Below, one piece after another: positions 24,101 to 36,730 of a DNA stretch of 64,000 nt. The notes beneath the pieces are model-generated. The model saw only the letters and a list, made by a program, of their open reading frames with translations, was not told the origin of the DNA and did no database searches. The number at the start of each line of letters is the position of its first letter. Within the stretch, counting starts at the first letter, position 1. The position numbers and the translations under genes are program-made. The stretch is from Trichodelitschia bisporula (Eukaryota): positions 2,364-66,363 of the forward strand of contig ML996696.1 in NCBI GenBank assembly GCA_010356995.1, written 5' to 3'.

Positions 24101-25814
24101 CCTGTTCCTTGAGTCGCTGCTCCAGCTCCCTGACCTTGCGCCGCAGACCCTGGTTCTCCTTGCGTTCGTTCGCCAGATCCGTCTGTAGCTGCACGCTCTT
24201 GCCAATCATCTCCTTGACGCCTTCGTCAGAACGGTTCTGGAGTGCCTGGTCAAGGAAGTGAATCTTGAGCTTGAGGTCAAAGTTCTCCTTGCTAAGCTTA
24301 TCGATCTTACTATTCTGCTCCTTCAGCGTGAGATTATTCTTCGAGCGGCTGCTAAATGACAACCCCATCGTACGCCGCGCTTCGGGTGAGTTGGGATGCT
24401 TCTCGCGGTACTCACGCGCCACCGTCTCCGGCACGCGGATGTTCTGGACGTGCTGGGCAATCACCGTGTCAGTCGGAGCTGCAGAAACGCTATCGCCGGG
24501 GCGGGGCGTCGCTGGTGGCGATACTGAACTTGCCCGTTCTTCCTCGAGTTTTCCCAGCGTGCTCTCTGTGCCGATCCCGGTCGTACTGGTCGAGCTGCGC
24601 GTACGGCCTAACTGATGTCCGGACTCGCTGTAGCTCGAGCCCAGCGACGAGGCGATGCTGCCCAGGCTCGGAAGCCGCGAAAGCGAAATGCTCGGCCGGA
24701 TGCTGTTCGATGTCGGCGCGGCGCCGCCCGATTGCAAGGCGTAGTCGGCTCCGAGGGTGATTTCACTGCCCGCGTCGGAACGATTAGTGAACGAAGACGT
24801 AGACGAGCGCTGGCTGGCTTGCCGGTGCTGTAAGAAGCTTGGCCTCTTGAGAAGACGAGAAGATGCGGATGTACGAGAGTTTTGGTCGGGCGCTGGACTG
24901 CGCGTAGGTGTTGGAGCGTCATCGTCCGGGGCCGTCAGTTTGACCGTTGATGCCTGCGAAACTGACCTGGCGTGTCCGTGGTTTGTAGTCTCTGCACTGC
25001 TTGCGCCATCTATGCTGTCCTTACTATCGTCAAGGGCACCCTGGCTAGCAAACGACTGTACGCTGCGCATTCGCGAAAGGTTGCGTCGTGCCGCGGCGGC
25101 GGCAGGTGAAGACGTGCTGATGTCCATATCCGACTCATCCGTGAGTATATGCCCGGTCGCATAGGGTGTCTTGTAAGCGCTCGATGGCGTAGGTGGGCTT
25201 TGCGTAATGTCCGTGGTGTCCAGCACCGGCGTCTCGTCGATTGTGGCTTCACCGGTGTTATCGTGATTTTCACTCTCCATGTGATCCCGCTTCTCTTCAT
25301 TCTGCTCCAAATCAACACCTCCCACATTCTCCTCTTCAATCGGTTCAGGCGCCGTCGTCCCTCCAAAAAGATATGTATCGTCGGCTCCCGTCGGCCCCGG
25401 AAGTGCCAGGGGCGTACTCTCAGGTATGAAACTCGACTCCATATCCATCAAGCGGCGCCGGGTATCGTGCTCCATCAGCGCGCTTTCTTCATCGGGCACA
25501 TCACCCAGCAGCGACAGCGAATCATCGTCCGCTGGTAGCGGCGGGAGGTCCGCATCGGGTGTCTCAAAGGCGCGAACATCGGAAGCCGGAGACGCAGGAA
25601 TCGCCGTACCGGAGTGTGGAGCGAGTGACGGGGGCGGAGAAGCCGGCTTCTGCGCGGGCTCTGGTATGGGATCTGATGCGGACTCTTCGGCGGGGTCTGA
25701 CGCGGGTTCAAACGCGGTGAACTCGGGGGGTGCGGGTCGCTCGTCGGGGGTGGGAGGAGCGCTTTTGAGGGTAAGCGCTGCGGTCGCAGCGGCAAGCGCC
25801 GCAACTTCGTCCAT
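21166..25814 (-). CDS. apsB: Anucleate primary sterigmata protein B / Mto1-centrosomin family MTOC protein
   Basis: CM1 motif LTLKEQNSKIDKLSKENFDLKLKIHFL, long coiled coil, C-terminal WIHRLKELERRLKAEREARLLDRSGARKRL (Mto2-binding type). Intron 22432-22481. Confidence 0.92.
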
Positions 25815-26349
25815 TGGGCGTGAGTTGGTCGCCTGCTGGGAGTCGGTGGTGGATGCGTGTTAGCAGAGGGGCATTCGCGATAGTTGGGTCGGTCGACGAT
25901 GGGAAAGTTGCTTGGTGTTGAGTTCGGGTGTCGCGTCTGATTGGGCCCGTGCGCGTTGACGTGCACTTGGCGCTGACGCAGGGGTTGCTGGGGCGATTCG
26001 CTTATGATGCCTGATTAGGGAAAACGACAACGGTCGTGGGCTTGTTTGGGCGGGAATCTGGTACACGTCGGAACATCGGAGCAGATATATATGATGGTCT
26101 CGCTGCTTCTGTACCACGGTCTGCAGCCACTCGGAACAAGATCTCGTGCCGGAGTGGATACCATTAAGCAAAAGTGCCTGCAAACGCAGGACAAGTCAAG
26201 GGGTATCAGTTGCTACAGCACCACTCGCACATCTGTTGCGTCAACAGGAATACAGAAGTCTATTGACACTGGATGGATCATTATGTACTGGTACCGACAA
26301 CAAACGCCCAACCAAAGCCGTCGAGCCTGCAGGTCCACGTAGCCGGCTC

Positions 26350-28569
26350 TCATTGGAACCGTCTCGCTTTCCACACCTGCATCATCGGAGCCCCCTCTTC
26401 TTCGCGTGCCACCTCCACCCACGGTGCCTCTTCCATGCTTGGGGTGCCATGTCCATGGCTGCGGGCCCACTCATGGTAATGCACATCCTCGGTGTAGGCC
26501 CATCCAGGACACTCCAGGGCGCCGAACCCCAGGACAATGTGGCCCGGCGGTATATCGCGGAGCACGTGCCCTGGAATCGGGGTCACCAGGTGCAGCTGTT
26601 TGGCATGGTTATCAATACCGCGGACTAGAGCCAGACCGATGACGCGAGACATCTTCGGGTCCAGCGGCGTGGCGTAACCCTCTGAATCATCGAGAAAGTA
26701 AGGAATATCGTCGCACACGACGCGGCGACCACTAAGAGCACCATCGCAGGTGACGACTATGATGGAGACGAGGCTGCCGTTGAGCAACTTCTCCATCATC
26801 CTGTGGTGTTTCGGCGGGACTTCGCCGAAGATAAAGACACCGGCAATGTCGTGTTTTGTTAAATTCCACTGGTCACCCCACGAGACGACCAGCGGCCGCT
26901 GTCTGGTCAACGGCACGGCATCCCACTGAAGGACTTCAGCCGGTTTTGCGTGGAAGTATGAAATGAGCTGCATCTCGCGCATCTCAGCGGCGGGTCTAGG
27001 CGGGCGATGCGTCTGGAAGGGCTGTGGCGGAAGGAGCTCGACCCGCTTGTCCTTGGTCGACTTCATGATGTCCATGGCTGCCTTGGTCTGACCTTGTGCG
27101 AGGCAGACCACAACGGAGGGGTTCAGTGCTTTCGTCAGCTCTTCATTGAGCTCAGACGCAAAGCCCTGATACCACGTGGGACATCTTGCCACGAGAGGAA
27201 TGGCCTCAGAGTAGCGGGCGGCCTCCTGGCTAAGGACACTGTGGTGGTTTATGAGATCCTTCACAGCGTCCAGAAAGTGAGTCTGGCTTTCTCTGTAGCC
27301 CCTGAGGCCGATGGCGTGAGCCCGGACCACCTGCAAAGCTTTAGAACTTGTGGATGGATGGGCGAAATGTGGGCAGAGGACAGGCTCGCGTAAAAGCACA
27401 AGTGAAATCTGGCCTGGCGGTGCGAATTCTTGTTTGCTGGGATCGAGATCCAGGATGGCAATCGTCCGAGGTCCAGACTTAGTTCGTGACACTGTCAGAT
27501 AGCTGTTGGAGAGGAGACGGGTAAACGTCGATTTCCCGCAGTTTGCAGGTCCGCAGATCTGTACCACTGACTCGCTCCGCACCATCGACTCAACAAGCGT
27601 GTTGATAGGTAGCTGCCACTTAGCGGGTATCTCTAATGGAAAGAGGTTCCGTTCGAGCGGATCGTCAGCAGAATTTGCAAGCTGCGTCCGTTAGCAATGT
27701 GATGGGAGATAGTGGAGTATCTACCTTTTTGTAGCTGATGAGCGAATCGTCCTCACGAGTGGCCCATAACGGTGCGAACAAGGGTGAGACTCTCCCCAAG
27801 GTGGGTAGACTCTCCTCTATTCTCCCCGGAATTTCGATGTGGATCACCGCTCCACCGGACGATATGCACTTGATGACAGGTATCGGGCAGATTGAAGGAG
27901 CTACGACGCGCTTCCGCCCGGACTTGACGGTGAGAAGCGCTCCTTGCAGAGTGACGATACCCGACTCAACCTCCAACTCATACTGGCCAACGATTGCCAA
28001 AGTCTGGGTGCAATTAAGACGAAGTCGCTCGCATGAAGCCCCTTTCTTGAGAATAGCCCCAGGAGTTTCCTTCCACGAGCTCAAGACCAAGTTCTTCTGG
28101 ACGACAGGCTCGTCCAGTTCGGCCTCGTCAGCTGGATCATCCGTTTCCGAGACCATAGGAGAGTCGGACTGGTACTCCGCACTCGGATCCCAGAAGTCCA
28201 CCGGCTCTTGTGGCACACCGGCAGGCACAGACCCAGATACCACCGACTGCTCCATGGCAGTCCTCGCTCGCTCAAGCACCTCGCGTGCGGAGAGCTGCGG
28301 TGGTGACTGTGGACGCGGAGGAGGTTGTCGTGTCGTTTTGGACTTCTTCGGGCCGTTTTGCATCCCATTGTTCTGGATGGCGGGTGTGCTCTGGTCGGGC
28401 GAGCCTGCACTGCCGATGTTCTCGCCATCATCGCGTCGTCTACTCTTTGCAGCTGCGAACGCGCTCAGCGGTTCTACCTAGCAGCATGATTAGCTCGAGC
28501 AAACAGCAAGACAGAATCCTTACGCTCCGTCCGCGAGGGCACTTCCGCCGCCTTTCTTTTGCGTTTCAT
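26350..28569 (-). CDS. GRC3: Polynucleotide 5'-hydroxyl kinase Grc3/Nol9 (Clp1 family), spliced
   Basis: Starts MKRKRKAA; Walker A ICGPANCGKSTF, LDLDPSKQEFAPPGQISL, GLALVRGID..., end WKARR. Introns ~28479-28523 and 27682-27724. Confidence 0.88.
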
Positions 28570-28783
28570 CTCCACGGCCGACATCTTTAGAATGCTTAAG
28601 TGAGAGGGGTTGTTACATCGCCGGCCTTTGCTCCCCTAGAAAAGCTGCCCGCGCCAAGATTCAGACGGGAGCGTGGAGAGCTCCACTATTTTCTGCCACC
28701 GCCTTCGCAACAATTTCTCGCGCGTAAAGCATTGCGAGCATTTAGCGCCGTCGTTCTCTTCCAATTCACCTAAAGCTCCCACC

Positions 28784-30527
28784 ATGTCGCCCTCAAACCC
28801 CGTCGCCAGAAAGGCCGTCGCGCCAAAGAGGAAGCCTGTCAAGCGTCCGCCACCTCCACCCAAGTCAACGCTCAGCGAAGAGTTCGTCGTGGAGTCGGAC
28901 AGTGATGATTCTCCTAGCGTAGGACAGCCAGAGATAGAAGAGCTTGCGATACGGAGCGAAAAGCCAGTGCAGAAGGCGACCACGAAACCGGACGCGAAGG
29001 CCACTGCGAAGCCGCCTACGAAGCCAGCCGTAACCGCGAAGAAGAGCAAGCCACCCCCACCACCTACGAGCGAGTCCAGCGACAACGAGGAAGATGAGGA
29101 GACAGGTAGCGCAACATCAGATTCTGAGAGTGACGAGCCACCACAAAAGTCCGAGGGGAAGAGAGTAGTGGATAAGCGGAAGCAAAATGGCGCGGAGAAG
29201 CCCAAGAGCCCCGAACAACCCAAACAAAAAGTCATCGACAAAAAGCCGAAGAGTCCAGAGATTACAAAGTCCAAGGCTGCCGCACCTCCACCCACAGTCT
29301 CGTCCAGCGAAACCGAAACCGAGTCCGACTCCGAGTCTGAGGCAGAAGCGGGGGCCGATGTGGACGCCATGGACGTCGACACACCGGCGAAGAACACAAA
29401 GCCAACAAGCGAGGAGGAATCAGACAGCGCCAGCGAGGCGTCCAGCTCAGAGGTCGAAGAGGCGGTACCCCCGAAGAAGGCAACGCCCCCAAAGGCTAAG
29501 CAAAACGGAAAAAAGGCTGCGACTCCGTCGTCCAGCGACGAGGAATCCGACAGTGATGCTTCGAGCTCAGATGAGGATACGACTCCCCAGAAGAACACAG
29601 CCAAGGTCGCGCAAAATGGAGTCAGCAAGAAGCAAGCGAGCGAGTCTGAAGCAGAGTCTGAAGTGGACGAGGAGGAGTCGGGAGACGCGGAGTCTGGAAG
29701 CGAGGAGGCTGAAGACGAAGAACCCGAGGCCGAAGAAGCGCCTCAGCAGTCGACTCGACTTCCCGACGGAACGGTTCATTTCCGACCAGCCCCTCCATTT
29801 CATCCCCCGCGCGGCTTCCAACCCATCGAAGCATCATCGATCCCCACAGCACCCAAGTTCCTGAGCGCCGAACAACTCCAGGGCAAGCAGCTGTGGTACA
29901 TCACAGCCCCGGCAAATGTGCCCATCACAGAACTAAAAGAGGTGGCCCTGGAGAAGATTTCGAACAATGAGCCCGTCTTCGCCCATGACGGCATGGACTT
30001 TGCGTTTGTGCAGGATGAGGAGGCTGCGACTAGCACACGGATTGCAGTGCCTAGGAGCAAGGGGTTTGAAATACGTATGTCGGATCTCGCACCAAAAGTT
30101 CTTCGCTAACTGAACAGTGAGCATGCCAGTGAGCGAGGTGCTCCACATGCAGCAAGTCCCGCACATTCCCTCTGCTACCGATTCAGCACCCGGCCCTCGT
30201 CCGCCTAATCGGCCGCAGCCTAAGGGTCTCAAAATGCGCTTCAGGCCGGCGGCGTTTGGGAAGGAAGATCCGGGCACCATTGGCTCCTCGGACGATGAGC
30301 AGGCGCCGCGGCCGCAGTTTGTCAAGCCGCGAGATGTCCCGGTTGCAAGCGAGTCGCGAAAGCGGAAAGCGGATGACGAGGCCGAGGCGGCTCTCTCCAA
30401 GAAGAAGAAGAAAAAGCACTCTCTCGACCGCGCGGACGTGCCGACCAGTAGCCCGAAGGTTGCTGCTACACCCGATAAGGGGAAGAAAGACAAGGAGAAG
30501 AAGCGGCGTCGGAGTAGCCAGGTGTAA
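28784..30527 (+). CDS. RPA34: RNA polymerase I subunit A34.5-domain protein with long acidic/basic N-terminus
   Basis: GKQLWYITAPANVPI and QPKGLKMRFRP motifs, Lys-rich tail. Intron 30075-30117 restores the frame. Confidence 0.82.
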
Positions 30528-31099
30528 TGAATGACGACGTGTCGACGGCATTCACTGAGGGCGTCTCAGGTTAATTCAAGGAAACGCGGAGCTCCGCCTC
30601 GCGATGGGGATAAAAGCGGCATTGTACTACTATCTGCATCTAGCCTCGCGCTTCGCGATGGCTCCGGTAGTTATTGGCGTCATGGTGCTAGCCATAGTGC
30701 ATACGGCACTTCGGATCTCAAAATGCATTGAATGCGATGATGCAGTCTCCAGGGTCTTCAGCCTTGTCGCTGACATTGTACAGTAGCGTTGTGGCTTCAG
30801 TTGACTTGCACAAATCCAGTCCAGATTCCATTTCCAGACAGTCCCGTTTGTCACGCAGTTAAACGTCTCCTCCTCACCACTATCATGACTTCCACGTGCC
30901 CAATTCACTCCTACCTGCTGATTCAAAGCCCTCTCATCAGGGCTCCGACACGCTTGGCGGTGCCGTGATCGGGGACAAGGGTTTGAAAAGTGGGGGAGGG
31001 GCAAAATCAATTTTCATCCAAAAGTGACTCCACGCCCGAAACTTTTTCCTCCACATCATCACCACCTTCAATCACCCACCTCAACTACCTACGATCATC

Positions 31100-32653
31100 A
31101 TGGCCACCTACGCTCTTCCTCAGTCTCACAAGGATGTAAGTGTGTTGTCTGTATAACCATAAGCACGTACTGACACCGCCAGCTCATGGAGAAGTCTCTC
31201 GTCGAGACTGACCCAGATGTCGCCGAGATCATGGTATGCTCATCGCCTACCACGGTGGTAACATCTCTAACTCCCCCAGAAAAAGGAAATTCAGCGCCAG
31301 CGCGAGTCCATCCTCCTCATCGCGTCGGAGAACGTCACCTCGCGCGCCGTCTTCGACGCTCTCGGCTCCCCTATGAGCAACAAGTACTCTGAGGGCTACC
31401 CCGGCGCTCGCTACTACGGTGGCAACCAGCACATCGACTCCATTGAGCTGCTGTGCCAGTCGCGCGCGCTGCAGACTTTCGGGCTCGACTCTGAGAAGTG
31501 GGGTGTCAACGTCCAATGCCTCAGCGGCTCGCCCGCCAACCTGCAGGTCTACCAGGCGATCATGCGCCCGCATGAGCGCCTGATGGGTCTGGACCTGCCG
31601 CACGGTGGGCATTTGAGCCACGGGTACCAGACGCCGCAGCGGAAGTGAGTGACCTAGTTCTGGCTTTTGGGATTCCGCTAACCATCCAGGATCTCCGCCG
31701 TCTCCACCTACTTCGAGACCTTCCCGTACCGTGTCAACCTCGAGACGGGCATCATCGACTATGACCGCCTGGAGGAAAACGCGTCCATGTACCGCCCCAA
31801 GGTTATCGTGGCGGGCACGTCGGCGTACTGCCGCAACTTCGACTACGCGCGCTTCCGCAAGATCTGTGATCAGATCGGCGCGTACCTCGTCGTCGACATG
31901 GCGCATATCTCCGGCCTGGTCGCAGCGGGCGTGTCGCCGTCGCCGTTCGAATTCGCCGACATCGTCACCACCACAACGCACAAGTCGCTGCGCGGGCCCC
32001 GCGGCGCCATGATCTTCTTCCGCAAGGGCGTGCGCTCCACCGATCCCAAGACTGGTAAGCAGACGCTGTACGACCTCGAGGCCCCGATCAACTTCTCTGT
32101 CTTCCCCGGCCACCAAGGTGGCCCGCACAACCACACCATCACGGCACTGGCGGTGGCGCTCAAGCAGGCCCAGACCGAGGACTTCAAGCTGTACCAGCAG
32201 CAGGTGGTAAAGAACGCCAAGGCGCTCGAGAACGCGTTCAAGGAGCTCGGCTACACGCTCGTCACCGGCGGCACGGACAACCACATGGTGCTGCTGGACC
32301 TTAAGCCGCAGGCGCTGGATGGTGCGCGTGTTGAAGCTGTCCTTGAGCAGGTCAACATTGCGTGCAACAAGAACACGACGCCTGGCGACAAGTCTGCGTT
32401 GACGCCGATGGGTATCCGCATTGGAGCGCCGGCCATGACCAGCCGTGGCCTCGGCGAGCAGGACTTCCACCGCATCGCTCAGTACATCGACACCTGCATC
32501 AAGCTCACCAAGCAGATCCAGGGGTCGCTGCCGAAGGAGGCCAACAAGCTCAAGGACTTCAAGGCTGCGGTTGCGAGCGGGCAGATTTCCGAGATCAACG
32601 AACTGAAGAAGGAGATTTCGTCGTGGGCTGTGACGTTCCCGCTGCCGGTTTAA
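31100..32653 (+). CDS. SHM2: Serine hydroxymethyltransferase, cytosolic, spliced
   Basis: [38 protein letters not shown]-lysine motif [13 protein letters not shown]; no mitochondrial presequence; three short introns. Confidence 0.96.
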
Positions 32654-32881
32654 GCGTTTGCATGGCTTTGGAGTTGGGTGTTGCTTTTCGGCGGGGAGCT
32701 TAAAAGGTGTCTTCAACAATGACGTCTGGGGGCGGGAATATGGCGTTTGGATGATTTGGGCGGGCTTCACCAGCCGCGTCTTGCAGCATGTAGACAGACT
32801 CACAGGCCACAGATCGGAGAGCGATGATAAGCTTTTCGTAAGTTCAAAACAGGGCTCAACGCCTTTCTTTCTAATCTTCCA

Positions 32882-34035
32882 TTACGAGTGCCCCAGAATC
32901 GCCCGCGGCTTGTACGGCTCCTCGAGATACTTGATCTCCTCCTCTGTCAAGCTCTTCCCCGTGACTTCGATCGTTTCGTCCAGCCGCTTGATGCTGCTGA
33001 TGCCCACGATTGGGTTCGCTCCCTTGGCGATTGTCCATGCCAAAGCTACGGTCCCCATGCTCCACCCCCGCTTTTTGGCCACTTCTTCGACGCGCCCGAT
33101 GATTGCCTTGTCCACGTCGCTCAGAGGCGCTGTCGTCTTCCCGCGCTCCGTCTGCTCGGCGTCGAGGGGGCGCGCGAGATGGCCCCGGTACAGCGGCGCC
33201 CAGGGGATCAGCCCGACGCCAGACTCGGCGCAGAAGGGATTCATTTCGCGTTCCTCCTCGCGATACTGCGCTCGATCAGTCGTGATATCACAACGAAGGG
33301 GAAGGTAAGGCCACCCACGCAAAGCGAATACTGATTCTGCATGCTCACAAACTTCGTCCATCCGTTCTTCTCGGCTACGTATTGTAGGCGCTGGAACTGA
33401 TACGCCCACATGCTACTCGCGCCGATATACCGCACCTTCCCCGCCTGGACCAGATCGTGCAAAGCGCGCATGGTTTCCGCTTCGGGGGTGCGCTTGTCGT
33501 ACCGGTGGATCTGCAGGACGTCTATATAATCGGTTTGGAGACGGGAGAGAGAGGCGTCGACGGCGTTGAATATGGCGGCCCGGGACAGGCCGCCTTGGTT
33601 GACGTAATCCCGCGTGTCGCGCATTTGCGGGTAGCGGATGTGGACTACGTCGGGGGTTTCGCCTACCGTGCCGAAGCATTTACTCAGGATAATGACTTTG
33701 TGTCGCGGGATGGAGTATTTTTTTAAGGCTTTGCCGATGATTTCCTCAGACGTGCCGTTGGAGTACACGTTGGCTGTGTCCCAGCTATTCAGGCCGCGGT
33801 CGTAGGCCGCTTTGAGCAGCTCCATGGCCGCGGCTTCGTCGCTTTCAACCCATTTCATCCAGCTGTTCGACCCGAAGGACATGGCCCCTAGGATGGGGAC
33901 GCTGAGGCGCAGGCCGGAGGAGCCGAGGTTGGCGTAGGAGACTTTTGTTGCGTTTATGGACTCCTTTAGGGATTCGGGCATGTCGTCCTTGGTGGAGGGG
34001 GGGGGGAAGGAGACGAGGGGTTCGATGAGGGCCAT
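32882..34035 (-). CDS. Aldo-keto reductase (aryl-alcohol dehydrogenase-like), spliced
   Basis: [64 protein letters not shown]. Intron ~33266-33317. Start codon uncertain. Confidence 0.92.
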
Positions 34036-34872
34036 GATGCTTTCAGCCGAAGATTCTTTGTTGTCAATTGGTGCTTCTGGGAATGTCTGCGGCAGAGCAA
34101 TGGGCCCAAGGGAGCTGCTCTTCATATACCCTATCTCCAGCAGCTACCCCGCACCTCCCATATCCCAGCTCCCCCCTCACTATCCTAGCTCTCGCAACAC
34201 GGAGTTAGCCGCATATAAAGCACACCCTAGCACCGGGCCCACGTTCCGTGCCCAGAACGACTTGATCCGCGAAGTGTGAGAGACTGGGCTGTGGGAACGA
34301 GGGGTGGAGAGCACGGGGAGATGGAGATACCCTTAATTCAGCCTTGTCTGCGCCGATATCCCCGCGATCGTCGCCGTGTTACCCGCCCCGCCCTACTCTA
34401 CCCGCCTCAATTCCTGCCATTCTCGAAGATAAACCAATTACCCATCCGGAATAACTATGCATTCCCAGATATAGATACACAAGCGACGTCACCGTCCAAT
34501 GCTATGAGACTAGGTAAGGCGTTATATCGCGCAAAAGCGCCACCACGCGGGACTCGGCACGGCGCGACGCGGGGCTTAGGCCGAGATCGGGTACCGGGTG
34601 GAGGGGTCGGGCCGGGGGGTAGAAGGAGAGAGAGGGGGGGGGCGCGGGCACTGAAGTAGAACTAGAACTAGTTCATACGATTGTGGAAAGCCCATTCCTC
34701 GCTCTTCCATCCCATGCTTCGTTAAATACAGCCCTATCCAAACCGTCATTACCAAGCCGTCCATGCCATGTCACCTCCCAAACCCGCACGCCAAAAAACC
34801 CAACCCAAAAGAAGTATCTACAGCTTCAGCTTCCCCCTTCCCTTTCCTCCCTCCCATTAAGAAAGATACAGC

Positions 34873-36730
34873 TTATGGTCCAAAATCCGCCGTCTGCCAC
34901 CAATCACACCGTCTATTCCGCGCATCATCCCTAACATCCTGCGTCCCATTCACACTCAAACTCTCAATATTCCCCCCATCATACTGCGGAATACTCCCCA
35001 CCCACGCCTCCCCAACCCCCGCCCACCCCGCACTCGGCTCCCCCCCCCTCGCAAAACTCGTAATCCACTCCTGCAACGCAAGCGCCGCGTCCACGCTCTC
35101 GAGCCCCGCGTCGAGGTTGACGAGGTTGGGAGGTTGCACGCCCTGGTCGTTGTAAAACGTGTATGCTACGTCCTGGCCGTGAAGGCCGGGGAGGATGTCG
35201 AAGCGGTAGCCCCAGGCGTGCGGGGCGGCGGAGTTGATGTACCGCGTGTTGCACACAAAGACTAGGTCCGCGACGGTTTGCGCGGAGCGCTGCGTCTCGT
35301 CTACGTACCCGTAGGACCCGTCGAAGACGGGCGGGTACAGGGTGGTGGCTATGTAGTCCAGCGTGGCGTTGGAAAGGAGCGGCAGGGCGGCTTTGACGCT
35401 AGCCCTGTACGTAGGATCCGAGGTCACGAACCAAGGCGTAAACAGCAAGCCTTCGTTTGCGTTGTGGCTGGCGAGGACTTTGATGCTCTTGTCGAAGTTA
35501 CCCGCTTTGATCAACCGCCCCGGCAAGTCGGGGACGAGGTCGCCGTCCACGGAGGGTCCGGGCCCGAAGGAGCCGTAGGGTTGCAGGGCGACGTAGATTG
35601 TGTTTGCGGTTATGAGGGCCGCGGAGGGGAGTTGGCGCGCCTGCTCGATGGTGGAGACGTTGAGGAGGCTGAGGTAGGTTTGGGTGTATTTTTCTTGCAG
35701 TAGGGGGGAGGGGGTGGGGAGGAAGCCGGGGGATTGCATGATGGCGCGGTGGAAGGGGTTGTCGGTTCCGCCATAGGCCTAAGGGGGTCAGCGGCGTTGC
35801 ATCCAGGAAAAGGAAAGACGTACCGTGATTTGGTGCAAGATACTCGCACCCCCCGCACTCTCCCCGATAACCGTAACCTGATCCGGATCGCCCCCAAAAT
35901 CCGCGATATGATCCTGCACCCACTGCAACGCAAACCTTTGATCATGCAACCCTGCATTCGCCGTCCCCGCCTTCTGTACACTCGGCCCCCCAAGCCACCC
36001 CAACATACCCAAGCGATAATTGATCGCCACAAACACCACACTATCATTCCCGCGATGAATCAACCCGGCCGGATTCCCCCCATTCGTCCCACTCTTATCC
36101 CCCGCCACAAACCCCCCCCCATATATCCACACAATAACCGGCGCGCCATTGCCCTTCTGGTGCTCAAACACACGCCGCGGGACCACAACATCGAGGAACA
36201 GACAATCTTCCGTGGTGCGCGGATCCGGCGCCCCGACCCCGCCGCTCGGCAGCGCCGTGCTCACGTTGATCGGCAGCCCGAGCAGGTACTCGGGGATGAA
36301 CTGCGCGGCCTGGAGTTCCCAGGCCGGGGTCGCCTGGGGACATATGCGGCCCACCTCGCCGGTTTGCACGGAGCGGTCCTTGGCCGGCGGGGCCGGGAGC
36401 GCGAAGCGTAGGTCGCCGACTGGGGGCGCGGCGTAGCGGATGTTGGAGAAGTTGTAGAAGCGGCCCGATTCCTGCTGCGATTAGTCGGGACGGAAGATTG
36501 GGGGAGGCGCATACGTTGTAGAAGGTCGCGCGCTGCAGCGTGTAGCCCAGGTCCACGACGGGCAGCTTTGGCGGACCACCAGGACCACCACCTGGAGGGC
36601 CACCGCCGGGAGGACCACCCGGCCCACCATGTCCCGGCCCACCATGCCCACCATGGCCATGCTCATCGACCTCCCCCGTCGGGCGCGCACACACCAACGC
36701 GGCAAAACCAAGAAGTACAGCAGCCTTCAT
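34873..36730 (-). CDS. Secreted type-B carboxylesterase/lipase, spliced
   Basis: Signal peptide MKAAVLLGFAALVCA; EDCLFLDV, WIYGGGF, NYRLG, FGGDP..VTVIGESAGG (catalytic Ser), NEG and HGQD. Two introns. Confidence 0.92.

Noticed and set aside
31024..31030. Gcn4/CpcA site (TGACTC) upstream of SHMT
   Set aside because: Biologically plausible but a single 6-mer is not distinguishable from chance without conservation data.
31247..32803. Long antisense ORFs (518 aa opposite SHMT; similar ones opposite PDC, apsB, RPA34 and the 1022-aa gene)
   Set aside because: Shadow ORFs produced by high GC3 codon bias of the real genes; no motifs.
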